A DNA stretch of 64,000 bases from a virus (Duplodnaviria > Caudoviricetes), in IMG/VR virus record IMGVR_UViG_3300044634_003731, positions 1,155-65,154 of that record; one strand, 5' to 3'. Below the pieces are notes generated by a model. That model was not told where the DNA came from. It ran no database searches and saw only the letters and a program-made list of their open reading frames with translations. Each line of letters opens with the position of its first letter. Position 1 is the stretch's first letter. Below, one piece after another: positions 26,345 through 35,917 of this stretch. The position numbers were made by a program, and so were the translations under genes.

Positions 26345-27403
26345 ATGAGTGATTATACGAAAACGGCACTTGTACTTGGTGCTGGTGGTTTCATTGGAAG
26401 TCATATGGTAAAGAGACTTCGTTCTGAAGGATATTGGGTGCGTGGAGTTGATCTAAAGCATCCAGAATTTTCTGAAACAGAAGCACATGAATTTATTCAA
26501 GGTGACCTGAGGGATCCAACTTTTGTTGAGAGGGTTCTTCAGTATAAAGGTCCTTATCGTAATTTTTATAATTTTGTCCCATCAAGGTATATTGATACCT
26601 TTGATGAAATTTATCAGTTTGCTGCTGATATGGGTGGAGCAGGATTTGTGTTTAGTGGTGAGAATGATGCAGATATTATGCATAATTCTGCAACTATTAA
26701 TCTGAATGTTCTTGAGGCACAACGACAACTGAATGACTTTAAAGGTACAAATAAAACCAAGATTTTCTATTCTGGATCTGCTTGTATGTATCCAGAGCAT
26801 AATCAACTAGACCCGGATAACCCAGATTGTCGTGAAGAATCAGCATACCCAGCTAACCCAGATTCTGAATATGGTTGGGAGAAATTGTTCTCAGAGCGGT
26901 TGTTTTTCGCTTATTCTCGTAATTATGGGATCCCTGTTCGGGTTGCTAGGTATCATAATATCTTTGGACCAGAAGGAACTTGGGAAGGGGGAAGAGAAAA
27001 GGCACCAGCAGCAATCTGCCGTAAAGTTGCCTATCTTTCTGAGGAAGGTGGAACCATCGAGGTGTGGGGAGATGGACTACAAACTCGTTCCTTCCTGTAT
27101 ATCGACGAGTGCATTGAGGCAACTCGTAGAATGATGGAATCTGATTTCATCGGACCAGTAAATATTGGTTCAGAAGAAATGGTTACTATTAATCAACTTG
27201 TAGATACTGCTGCTAAAGTTGCTGGAAAGAATGTAGAAAAAGAACATATTCTTGACGCTCCTCTTGGAGTTCGTGGCCGTAATTCGAATAATGAACTTAT
27301 CCGCGATAAACTTGGTTGGAATTATTCTCAAACTTTAGAGGAAGGAATTCGTAAGACCTACGAATGGATTTCCCAACAAATTTCTAATAAAAACTGTAAG
27401 TGA
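26345..27403 (+). CDS. GDP-mannose 3,5-epimerase-like NAD-dependent epimerase
   Basis: GAGGFIG, AADMGG, SACMYP, YGWEK, GGREKAPAAICRK, GVRGRNS. Confidence 0.88.
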   Translation: MSDYTKTALVLGAGGFIGSHMVKRLRSEGYWVRGVDLKHPEFSETEAHEFIQGDLRDPTFVERVLQYKGPYRNFYNFVPSRYIDTFDEIYQFAADMGGAGFVFSGENDADIMHNSATINLNVLEAQRQLNDFKGTNKTKIFYSGSACMYPEHNQLDPDNPDCREESAYPANPDSEYGWEKLFSERLFFAYSRNYGIPVRVARYHNIFGPEGTWEGGREKAPAAICRKVAYLSEEGGTIEVWGDGLQTRSFLYIDECIEATRRMMESDFIGPVNIGSEEMVTINQLVDTAAKVAGKNVEKEHILDAPLGVRGRNSNNELIRDKLGWNYSQTLEEGIRKTYEWISQQISNKNCK

Positions 27404-28068
27404 TAAAAATGGCAAAACTGCAAAACGCAATTCATCTTCGTCCTACATTTGAGGACTTTAATATCCAGCACTATGTTGAAACTGGAACTGGTGGAATTTT
27501 AGATTCATACGGTCAGAATTCTCTCCTTCAAGTTTCACAACTTCAAAAACCGGATTTGACTATGCATTCGATTGAAATTCTTGATCGAATTTATAATGAA
27601 GCGGTGGATTATTTTAAAGATAATTCCAAAGTCTGTATGCATCTTGGTAATAGTCACGATGAACTTCCAAAGGTTCTTGATGAACTAGATGAAAATCCTG
27701 CTCTGTTTTTCCTTGATGCCCATTTCCCAGATTCTTATAGGGATGAGTATCATCGTGAAGTTATTCGTGATGACCCCGATTACATTAAAATTCCTCTTGA
27801 AGGAGAACTACGTATTCTGTGCCAGAAGCGTGATGTGAGTAAAGATGTAATTGTTATTGATGACATTCGCATCTATAAAGAAGGTCCATATGAAAATGGT
27901 AACTTTGAAAATAAAGCACTTCATGGTGGAGAGAATCTAGATTTTGTTTATGAACTTCTTGATGAAACGCATATTATTGTTGAATCATATCTTCAGGAAG
28001 GATATTTGATTTGTTTCCCTATTATCGCTGAAGAAGATAAACTTCGTAATTATATTGTGGGTGCTTAA
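27400..28068 (+). CDS. methyltransferase-like protein
   Basis: YVETGT, SIEI, GNS, FFLDAH, VIDDIR. Confidence 0.6.
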   Translation: MIKMAKLQNAIHLRPTFEDFNIQHYVETGTGGILDSYGQNSLLQVSQLQKPDLTMHSIEILDRIYNEAVDYFKDNSKVCMHLGNSHDELPKVLDELDENPALFFLDAHFPDSYRDEYHREVIRDDPDYIKIPLEGELRILCQKRDVSKDVIVIDDIRIYKEGPYENGNFENKALHGGENLDFVYELLDETHIIVESYLQEGYLICFPIIAEEDKLRNYIVGA

Positions 28069-28928
28069 TGAGATTGCAAAATTGTAAGTATGTTGTTGCA
28101 TCTGGAACAACTGGGAGATATGCGGGATGCGATCTTCTTGCTCATCCGGAAATGAATGAACTCTACTGCTTGTGGAATTGTGGATTTTATTCCAATGAAT
28201 TTCAAGTTTTTAATTCACTCATTATTCTTTTGAGTCATGGAATAATCCCAGAGAAAATTAATTACTCTTTTGGATTTAGGCATTTTAAAAAAGATCCAGA
28301 ACAAGACATTTATCCATTATTTCATGAAATAAATGAAAGATGTGAATTGGATCTTTATCGTAGAATAATTCTTCCAGATTCAAATAAAAAACAATTTGAT
28401 CTTTATGATTTTTCAATTTATAATCAAATTATTAATCGATTTTTTGGTCCTAATGGAATAATTAAAGAGAGAAAACAATTTCTTATAGAAAAATATCAAA
28501 TAGATACTTCAAAAACAATTGCTGTACTGTATAGAGGAACTGATAAGGGAACAGAATTAATTATTGCTAATCCTGAAGAATACTTAAATGAAGTAAAAAA
28601 GATTTTAAAAGAAAATCCGGATTTTAAAGTATTAATTCAAACGGATCAAACTCAAGTAATTGAATATTTTTATTCTGAACTTCAAGATAAATTAATAACT
28701 TTTGAAGAAACACCATCTACTACTTCTAATAGTGTTATATGGAGTCTTATGGAAAAAAACGGTGCCAATTCAATTGATTGGTCTCAATGGTTTGATGCGG
28801 CATTAAGATGTGTTTCTGAATGCAAATATGTTATTAATCACACTGGAAATGTTGGTATGTTTATGAATTTGTATAGAGGGAATCTAAAAGGAGTATATCA
28901 ATTTAATGAAAATGGAGTTTTGTCATGA
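28068..28928 (+). CDS. NodZ/GT23-like glycosyltransferase
   Basis: AVLYRGTDK, IQTDQ. Confidence 0.6.
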   Translation: MRLQNCKYVVASGTTGRYAGCDLLAHPEMNELYCLWNCGFYSNEFQVFNSLIILLSHGIIPEKINYSFGFRHFKKDPEQDIYPLFHEINERCELDLYRRIILPDSNKKQFDLYDFSIYNQIINRFFGPNGIIKERKQFLIEKYQIDTSKTIAVLYRGTDKGTELIIANPEEYLNEVKKILKENPDFKVLIQTDQTQVIEYFYSELQDKLITFEETPSTTSNSVIWSLMEKNGANSIDWSQWFDAALRCVSECKYVINHTGNVGMFMNLYRGNLKGVYQFNENGVLS

Positions 28929-29503
28929 ATAAAATAGATTCTCAAATTAGTCTTATTGAAAATTTAACACCTTCATCCTGGCCATCAGGATATTTTGAAA
29001 ATACAATTTCTTATGTAAAGAATGATGGTTTATGGTTAGAATTTGGTGTTTGCTCTGGAAATACCATCAATATAATTTCATCAAAAACTAAAAATAAAGT
29101 TTATGGTTTTGATAGTTTTTTAGGTCTTCCTGAAGATTGGGGAAATCATCAACCAAAAGGAACTTACAATAGAAATGGAAATCTTCCAGTAGTTAATAAT
29201 AATGTAGAGTTAGTTGTAGGATTATTTCAAGATACTTTGGATGATTTTCTAAAAGAACATGAAGAACCAGTAGCATATTTACACTTAGATGCGGACTTAT
29301 ATTCATCAACTAAATTTGTTCTAGACAAACTTAAAAAAAGAATTGTTTCTGGAACTGTTATTTCGTTTGATGAAATTAGAAATTATCCAGAATATAGAGA
29401 TCATGAAATTAAAGCATGGTTAGAATTTTCTAGTAAAACAAAAATATCATATGAATGGATTACTAGAACAGATTACGAACAGGCAACTTGTATAGTAAAA
29501 TGA
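28925..29503 (+). CDS. TylF/MycF-like sugar O-methyltransferase
   Basis: LEFGV..G, GFDSFLGLPEDW, GLFQDTL, HLDADLY, FDE. Confidence 0.85.
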   Translation: MNKIDSQISLIENLTPSSWPSGYFENTISYVKNDGLWLEFGVCSGNTINIISSKTKNKVYGFDSFLGLPEDWGNHQPKGTYNRNGNLPVVNNNVELVVGLFQDTLDDFLKEHEEPVAYLHLDADLYSSTKFVLDKLKKRIVSGTVISFDEIRNYPEYRDHEIKAWLEFSSKTKISYEWITRTDYEQATCIVK

Positions 29504-30294
29504 ATAAAATACCAGACTTAGTTTTTCATCATCATACTTCACTCGGGGATAATTTTATTTGCAATGCAATTGTTCATACCTATGCTGAACAACTCTGCGA
29601 AAGACTTCATCTTCCTTGTCATCATAGGTATTATGAGACAGTAAGTTGTTTATATCAAGATTTCGATAATATTATTGTGCATCCTTTTCATGATGATTGG
29701 GCAACATTAGAAAAAGAAATGTTTCCTTGGGCACAACAAAAGGGGTGGCCTGTAACAAGAATTGGATTTGAGAAGGTTTATTATCGTCGTCTTCAAAGAG
29801 AAAATTCTCCACCGGAATATTTTGCTGTCAATTTTGATAGGCAATTTTATGAACAAGCAGGAATTCTTTTTAAAGAAAGATATGAAAAATTTATTTTACC
29901 AAAAGAAATACCAGGAGTAGATGAAGTTTATGATAAGTTAACAGAAGGTGAAAAAAACTATATCATAGTGCATAAAAATTCCAGTGCAGAAGGAGATTAT
30001 CCGATTGATCTTTGGACTTGGAGAAGAAATCAAATAGGCACAATCCCTGACACTAAAATTATAAAAATTGAAATGGGGCAGACAACAAATATGTTGTCAT
30101 ATATGAGACTTATTGAAAATGCAAAAGAGATTCATTGTCTAAACAGTAGTTTCTTTTGTTTAGTCGATAGTGTCGCTAAGAGGATTAAACCAAAACTTTT
30201 TTATCACGACATTCGTATGAATAATATTACTCAAACAAATTGTGAATCGAATGGTAATCGTTGGACCATTGTTGAATATCCGTTTAAAAAATGA
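29500..30294 (+). CDS. putative glycosyltransferase (GT-B-like)
   Basis: HHTSLGDNFICNA, IENAKEIHCLNSSF. Confidence 0.5.
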   Translation: MNKIPDLVFHHHTSLGDNFICNAIVHTYAEQLCERLHLPCHHRYYETVSCLYQDFDNIIVHPFHDDWATLEKEMFPWAQQKGWPVTRIGFEKVYYRRLQRENSPPEYFAVNFDRQFYEQAGILFKERYEKFILPKEIPGVDEVYDKLTEGEKNYIIVHKNSSAEGDYPIDLWTWRRNQIGTIPDTKIIKIEMGQTTNMLSYMRLIENAKEIHCLNSSFFCLVDSVAKRIKPKLFYHDIRMNNITQTNCESNGNRWTIVEYPFKK

Positions 30295-31169
30295 AAAAAG
30301 TAGCAGCTGTAACTTGGTGTACTGATGATTATGCAGTATATTTAAAACCAGAAAAATTAAAAAAATCAATCAATCATTTTCATCCAGAAATTGATTTTTA
30401 TATTGTGGATTCTAAACAAACTGAAAAAATAAAAAAAGAAAATCCTTGGTTGTTGTCGGAAAAAGTCAAATATCAAGATTGGATAAAAGTAATTACATGT
30501 CTTCCTTATGTTGAAGATTATGATATGATTATTTTATTAGATGCTGATTGTATTTGTATTGGAAGCCTTGATAAGGTTATTGAGTCTGATAAAGAACTTA
30601 TTGGAGTTAGAAATAATAATTTCTTTGGTAAAGCTGGATCTTCTCAACCATGTGTTGTCCCTTTCTATGAACCATATGGTGATGGTGGAATGATTGGTGG
30701 TGATGATTTTGTAAATGCCGGATTTGTAGCATCAAATGATAAAAAGTTTTGGTATGAATGGAGAGATTTTAATAAATTCATAGCAGAGCAAAGTGATTGT
30801 AGAACTTTTACTTTTAAACCCTGGCCTTTAATTAGAAACGAGCAAGATACTTGGAATCATATTTTCCATGCTAAAAACAAGTACACTAGTGAAATTATTG
30901 ATAGAGAAGGAAGTGGAGTCACTTATGGTATAATTAATACCTGGGGTGAAAATGATCATTGCGAGAGTTGGAAAAAACTATATGTAAAAGATGATCAGAT
31001 TTTCATTGATCATCCAATTACTGGACAACCACTGAGAACTAGTATTCTTCATGGTGCTGGTGTTGGAACTATGGAAACAATTAAACCAATGGGAGATCAA
31101 TATCAATGGATATATAATATTGTTCCTGAAGAAGTTTCTGATTATATTAAGTCTATTGTAGGGGATTGA
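30291..31169 (+). CDS. GT-A glycosyltransferase (GT8-like)
   Basis: LLDADCI DxD motif, VNAGFV, NEQD. Confidence 0.7.
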   Translation: MKKVAAVTWCTDDYAVYLKPEKLKKSINHFHPEIDFYIVDSKQTEKIKKENPWLLSEKVKYQDWIKVITCLPYVEDYDMIILLDADCICIGSLDKVIESDKELIGVRNNNFFGKAGSSQPCVVPFYEPYGDGGMIGGDDFVNAGFVASNDKKFWYEWRDFNKFIAEQSDCRTFTFKPWPLIRNEQDTWNHIFHAKNKYTSEIIDREGSGVTYGIINTWGENDHCESWKKLYVKDDQIFIDHPITGQPLRTSILHGAGVGTMETIKPMGDQYQWIYNIVPEEVSDYIKSIVGD

Positions 31170-31170
31170 T

Positions 31171-31728
31171 ATGTTTGGTCAAAATGAAAGCGTAAAGATT
31201 GATTTGGTTCATGCCCATTTTATTGGTGGATTAGTTGCATCTCTTAAACCACAAAATATTCTTGAACTTGGAATAGGTGGAGGAAGAGTTACTGATCAAA
31301 TTTTAAACTCTATAGAATTTAATGAAAATAATCCAAATTATACTCTTGTTGACAATTGGTATGATTTTGGATTTTGTATGCCAAATGAAGTAAAGCAAAA
31401 ATATTCTAATAAAATTAATATAGTAACATCTGACGAAAAGGAATTTATCTTTTCTACAAAAGATAAGTATGATTTTATAATGTCAGATGCCGATCATCAT
31501 CATACAAATGAATGGTTTGAATATGTTTATAGTGAATTACTTCTTCCTGAAGGCGTGTTGATTTATCATGATGTAAATGTATTTCCTGAAATTGAAGGTA
31601 GTTTCCCAAATCTTGTAGAGATTTTAGATAATTGTAAAGAAAAAAATATTCATCATAAACTTTTTAATAAATCTACATTATCTTATGAAAGGTGCCATAG
31701 AGGATTATTAGTTATTTTTAAACATTGA
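31171..31728 (+). CDS. SAM methyltransferase (Methyltransf_24-like)
   Basis: ILELGIGGG, YDFIMSDADH, GVLIYHD. Confidence 0.8.
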   Translation: MFGQNESVKIDLVHAHFIGGLVASLKPQNILELGIGGGRVTDQILNSIEFNENNPNYTLVDNWYDFGFCMPNEVKQKYSNKINIVTSDEKEFIFSTKDKYDFIMSDADHHHTNEWFEYVYSELLLPEGVLIYHDVNVFPEIEGSFPNLVEILDNCKEKNIHHKLFNKSTLSYERCHRGLLVIFKH

Positions 31729-31729
31729 T

Positions 31730-32128
31730 ATGAAAATTTTTGTCAACGGAACATTTGATATTCTTCATCGCGGACATCTTGAACTTCTAAACTTTGCACG
31801 AGGTTTAGGAGATTTTTTAATGGTTGGTATTGATACTGATGATAGAGTAAAGGAAAAGAAAGGTACTACAAGACCAATACATAATCAAGAAGAAAGAAAA
31901 TTTTTTCTTGAAAATTTAAAATCAGTGGATGAAGTAAAATTCTTTTCTAGTGATCAAGAACTAGAGGAATTGATAAAATCTTTTCAACCTGATATAATGG
32001 TTGTAGGATCTGATTGGAAAGGAAAATCAGTTATAGGATCTTATTATGCTTCTAAACTTATATTTTTTGATAGGATAGGTGACTATGCCACAACAAAAAT
32101 CATACAAGATATTATTGATAGGAGATAG
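31730..32128 (+). CDS. sugar-phosphate nucleotidylyltransferase (HldE domain II-like)
   Basis: GTFDILHRGH, KGTTRPI, VGSDW, ATTKII. Confidence 0.88.
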   Translation: MKIFVNGTFDILHRGHLELLNFARGLGDFLMVGIDTDDRVKEKKGTTRPIHNQEERKFFLENLKSVDEVKFFSSDQELEELIKSFQPDIMVVGSDWKGKSVIGSYYASKLIFFDRIGDYATTKIIQDIIDRR

Positions 32129-32834
32129 TTGTATAGATGAATATGTTTATGGATCTTGTGAAAGACTAAATCCAGAAGCACCTGTTCCTATTCTAAAATA
32201 TGGAAGAAAAGAAACCCGTAAAGGTATGGCATGGAACGTGAGAGAAAATCTCAAAGCGTTTGGATTGGAAGTCTATATGATTACTAATCAAGAAAATATT
32301 GTAAAAACAAGATATATTGATGAAAGATATAATCATCAAATTTTGAGAGTTGATACTGAATATCCATTAAACCCTATGAATTATGATTTACCCGATGAAA
32401 AATTTGACGCACTTGTAATATCTGATTACGATAAAGGATTTATAACCCAAGATAAATTATTTCATCTAGTTCTTAATTCAAGAATACCTGTTTTTGTTGA
32501 TAGTAAGAAAACATATTTACCGGAATCAAATTGTTTTATAAAGATAAATGAAAGTGAATCAAAACTTCTAAAAAGCAAACATGACAATCTTATTGTTACA
32601 AAGGGATCTGGTGGAGCAGAATTTGATGGAGTAACTTATCCTGGAGAAAAGGTTAGTGTTTTTGATGTAGTTGGCGCAGGAGATACTTTTCTTGCATCAC
32701 TTGTTTATTTTTATCTAGTCCATGGTACAATAGAAAAAGCAATTCCTTTAGCAAATAAAGCAGCATCTATCGCTGTTCAGAATTTTGGAACTTATGTTTT
32801 AACTCAGGAAGATATAAATGAAATATGTAATTGA
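32085..32834 (+). CDS. PfkB-family sugar kinase (HldE domain I-like)
   Basis: IGDSCIDEY.YG..ERLNPEAPVP, SDYDKG, DVVGAGDTF. Confidence 0.88.
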   Translation: MPQQKSYKILLIGDSCIDEYVYGSCERLNPEAPVPILKYGRKETRKGMAWNVRENLKAFGLEVYMITNQENIVKTRYIDERYNHQILRVDTEYPLNPMNYDLPDEKFDALVISDYDKGFITQDKLFHLVLNSRIPVFVDSKKTYLPESNCFIKINESESKLLKSKHDNLIVTKGSGGAEFDGVTYPGEKVSVFDVVGAGDTFLASLVYFYLVHGTIEKAIPLANKAASIAVQNFGTYVLTQEDINEICN

Positions 32835-33138
32835 TATTGATGGGACCATATGTAGTATTACTGATGGTAATTATGAATTTGCCATTCCAATTGAGACTAG
32901 AATTGAAAAAATAAATAAACTGTATGATGAAGGGAACCATATAATTTACTTAACTGCAAGAGGTATGGGTAGATTCAAGAACTCAAGACTTCTTACATAT
33001 AAGCATTTTTATGATATCACTCATTCTCAATTAAAATCTTGGGGATGTAAATTTCATGAACTTCATCTTGGAAAACCCTCAGGGGATTATTACATAGACG
33101 ATAAAGGAATTAACTCTGATGACTTCTTCGGAAATTAA
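32818..33138 (+). CDS. HAD-family phosphatase
   Basis: DIDGTI, TARG, GKP, YIDDK. Confidence 0.85.
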   Translation: MKYVIDIDGTICSITDGNYEFAIPIETRIEKINKLYDEGNHIIYLTARGMGRFKNSRLLTYKHFYDITHSQLKSWGCKFHELHLGKPSGDYYIDDKGINSDDFFGN

Positions 33139-33469
33139 ATTTGTCCCTAAAGGTTGGGGATTTGAAAAATGGATAGTGAATAACCGTGAATATTGTGGTA
33201 AACTTTTATACCTTATAAAAGATAAGAAATGTTCTTGGCATTACCATATCTTAAAGGATGAGACATTTTATGTGCAAAGTGGTAAAATACTCTTAAAGTA
33301 TTCGGAGTCTGATGATCCTATGTTTGAAAAAATTCTTCTACCTGGAGATAGTTTTCATGTATATCGTGGTCTTAGGCATCAAATGATCGCTCTTCAAGAT
33401 ACTGAACTTTTTGAGTTTTCTACAGAGCATTTTGATGAAGATAGTTATCGTATAATTAAGGGAGATTGA
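33119..33469 (+). CDS. cupin, sugar isomerase-like
   Basis: KGWGFE, CSWHYH..KDETF, HQM. Confidence 0.8.
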   Translation: MTSSEIKFVPKGWGFEKWIVNNREYCGKLLYLIKDKKCSWHYHILKDETFYVQSGKILLKYSESDDPMFEKILLPGDSFHVYRGLRHQMIALQDTELFEFSTEHFDEDSYRIIKGD

Positions 33470-33470
33470 A

Positions 33471-35018
33471 ATGAGTTTTGAAATTCGATTGATGGAGGGA
33501 ATGCATAGAGGATTTCTTTCAAATTATCTTACTATATTGACTAGTTTTAGAACTCTAGAAAAGAAAGGAGTTGATCTAAATCAAGTTTGTGTTTCTCCAT
33601 CTATGTTTATGCTTTATGGAAATCCCTCTAATTGGTTTGATGAATCGAGGGTTTCTGATGACTCATTGAAACAATTTAATGCACAAGATGGATGGGATTG
33701 TGATTATCCTTGGGCATCGTTTAGAGATTTTGATCTGAGTAAGTATAGGAAATATATTCCATATAACAATAGAATGCAATCAATTGTTGATTCAATTCCT
33801 TCGGAGAAATATGCAAACGCTTTAGGTGTCCATTATCGGGGAACTGATGGTGTTGGGCATACTGAGTTTGTTGCAATTGAAAATTATTTGAACGCAACAA
33901 AAAAAGAATTTGAGTCTGGAAGTTATGATTGCATCTTTCTAACTACAGACCAAACAAATGTGATTGATGAATTTAAAAATTATTTTCCAGATATTACAAT
34001 TCATTATTATGATCATCAGCGTACAATGAGTACTGCTGGGTTGCATTATTCTATTCAAGCGCAACCAAATAGTCCAGAGAGAATTTTGGCTGGAGATGAA
34101 GTTTTGGTTGATGCAACTACTTTGTCAATGTGCAAAACTATCATCGGAAAGTCTTCTAATATTACCAACTATTCACGCATTTTAAATCCTTATGTAGAAA
34201 TTCTATATCAGGATCTGCATAGTAAAAATGATCATGGAGATCATGCAGATTTTAATAGTAGAGGGTATTTGGAAAGATTTCCTCAGATCAGAGTAAAGGA
34301 TATTCAACCCTTTATCTTCAATTGGAATCGTCAGTTTGAAAAAACTTGCGCAATTGAAGATGCACTTAAAGAAATTTTTGAAGATGTTACGGTCATCAAT
34401 AGTGATGATAATAACACTAGAGAAGGTTGGATTGATTTGGGAGATTCTGCATATTTCACTTCTCAGTTTACTGAAGCACTTAAACTCTTTAAGGATGATA
34501 AAAAAGTTCTTCTTCATATTCAAGGAGATACTGAATATGCCGACTGGAAAGGTCTAGTAAATGACGCAAGAAAGTATTATAATCTTTATGAGTGGGGTGT
34601 TTATGCTCCAGATGTAACTAATGTTTGGTATACTCCAGATCAAACAGATATTGATGGATTGCAATCAGAAGATTCTAATATTAAAATGGTTGCTTGCACT
34701 GATGAAACAGTTTGGTTTATTCATAAAGATGTAATTAATGATTTTTATAAGAGAGATCTTCTGAAAATTATGACACCAGAAACAATGAAAATGGGATGGG
34801 GATGGGATCTTGTGATGAATGGAATTTCATTTATTATGAGTAGACCTGTAATTAGAGATTATCGTCATCAAATTCAACATGCAAAAGGAACAAATTATAA
34901 CAAAGAAACTGCTGGACAAGAGATGGCAAATCTTTGGAATAGTCTTCCTGAAGATTTGAAAGAATGTATTTCTTATATTAAAGGTGATAGGGAAAAACTA
35001 GTGAAGTATTTTGAATGA
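33471..35018 (+). CDS. two-domain glycosyltransferase (NodZ-like + GT-A)
   Basis: GVHYRGTD, FLTTD, GKSSN; C-terminal IQGD, MGWGWD. Confidence 0.65.
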   Translation: MSFEIRLMEGMHRGFLSNYLTILTSFRTLEKKGVDLNQVCVSPSMFMLYGNPSNWFDESRVSDDSLKQFNAQDGWDCDYPWASFRDFDLSKYRKYIPYNNRMQSIVDSIPSEKYANALGVHYRGTDGVGHTEFVAIENYLNATKKEFESGSYDCIFLTTDQTNVIDEFKNYFPDITIHYYDHQRTMSTAGLHYSIQAQPNSPERILAGDEVLVDATTLSMCKTIIGKSSNITNYSRILNPYVEILYQDLHSKNDHGDHADFNSRGYLERFPQIRVKDIQPFIFNWNRQFEKTCAIEDALKEIFEDVTVINSDDNNTREGWIDLGDSAYFTSQFTEALKLFKDDKKVLLHIQGDTEYADWKGLVNDARKYYNLYEWGVYAPDVTNVWYTPDQTDIDGLQSEDSNIKMVACTDETVWFIHKDVINDFYKRDLLKIMTPETMKMGWGWDLVMNGISFIMSRPVIRDYRHQIQHAKGTNYNKETAGQEMANLWNSLPEDLKECISYIKGDREKLVKYFE

Positions 35019-35815
35019 TGGACAAAAACAAATCAGTATATAAACTTAAAGGTATTCCATATATTTACTGGATTAATCTGGATGCAGATACTCATCGTCG
35101 GGAGTATATGGAAAATCAATTTAAGTATTGGGAAATTGAAAATCATATTCGTATCTCTGGGTATGATGGGAGAGATGATGATGTATCTCTTCATCTTAAG
35201 GGAAGGATTCCGGATAATGTTTCTCAAAATGAATTGGGATGTTGTATGTCACATCTTAAAGCAATTAAACATTTTTATGAGAACAGTACGGATGATTATT
35301 GTCTGATTCTTGAGGATGATGTTAATTTTAATATTGTAAAATATTGGAATTTTACCTGGACGGATTTTTTTGCTGAAGTTCCTTACGATTGGGATTGTGT
35401 TCAATTAACTACAATTTGTACTGGAGATATTCATGTTAAATTGCATTTAAAGTTTATTAATGATTTTTCTGCAGCAATTTATTTGATTAGTCGCCATCAT
35501 GCTGCAAAAATGATGAAACACCATATTCGTGGAGATAAGTATAAACTTGATAATGGTGTAAAACCACGAGCAGTATCAGAGGATACTATCCTAGAAACTG
35601 GTAAAACTTACACTATTCCTCTTTTTCTTTACAATCTTGAAATGGGTTCTGCGATTCATCCGGAACACCTTGGAATCTTTCATAAAGCACCTCATGATGC
35701 ATTGTTGAATTATTGGCAACAGCAAGGTGCTCAAATTGATATTAAAGATTATATGAATTATGATCCTTATCTTGGTAGAATAACTGAAAACTCTTCGGTA
35801 CATCAAAATACTTGA
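35015..35815 (+). CDS. glycosyltransferase family 25
   Basis: YWINLD...RR, ELGCCMSH, ILEDD, AIYLIS. Confidence 0.85.
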   Translation: MMDKNKSVYKLKGIPYIYWINLDADTHRREYMENQFKYWEIENHIRISGYDGRDDDVSLHLKGRIPDNVSQNELGCCMSHLKAIKHFYENSTDDYCLILEDDVNFNIVKYWNFTWTDFFAEVPYDWDCVQLTTICTGDIHVKLHLKFINDFSAAIYLISRHHAAKMMKHHIRGDKYKLDNGVKPRAVSEDTILETGKTYTIPLFLYNLEMGSAIHPEHLGIFHKAPHDALLNYWQQQGAQIDIKDYMNYDPYLGRITENSSVHQNT

Positions 35816-35917
35816 CATGATCCCAAAGAAACTGTTAAGATAAATACCGTGATGTGACGATGCCGCAACTATTTGCAAAGTTACACAACTGTCGTTTAGT
35901 ACTAAAAACAAATTTTT

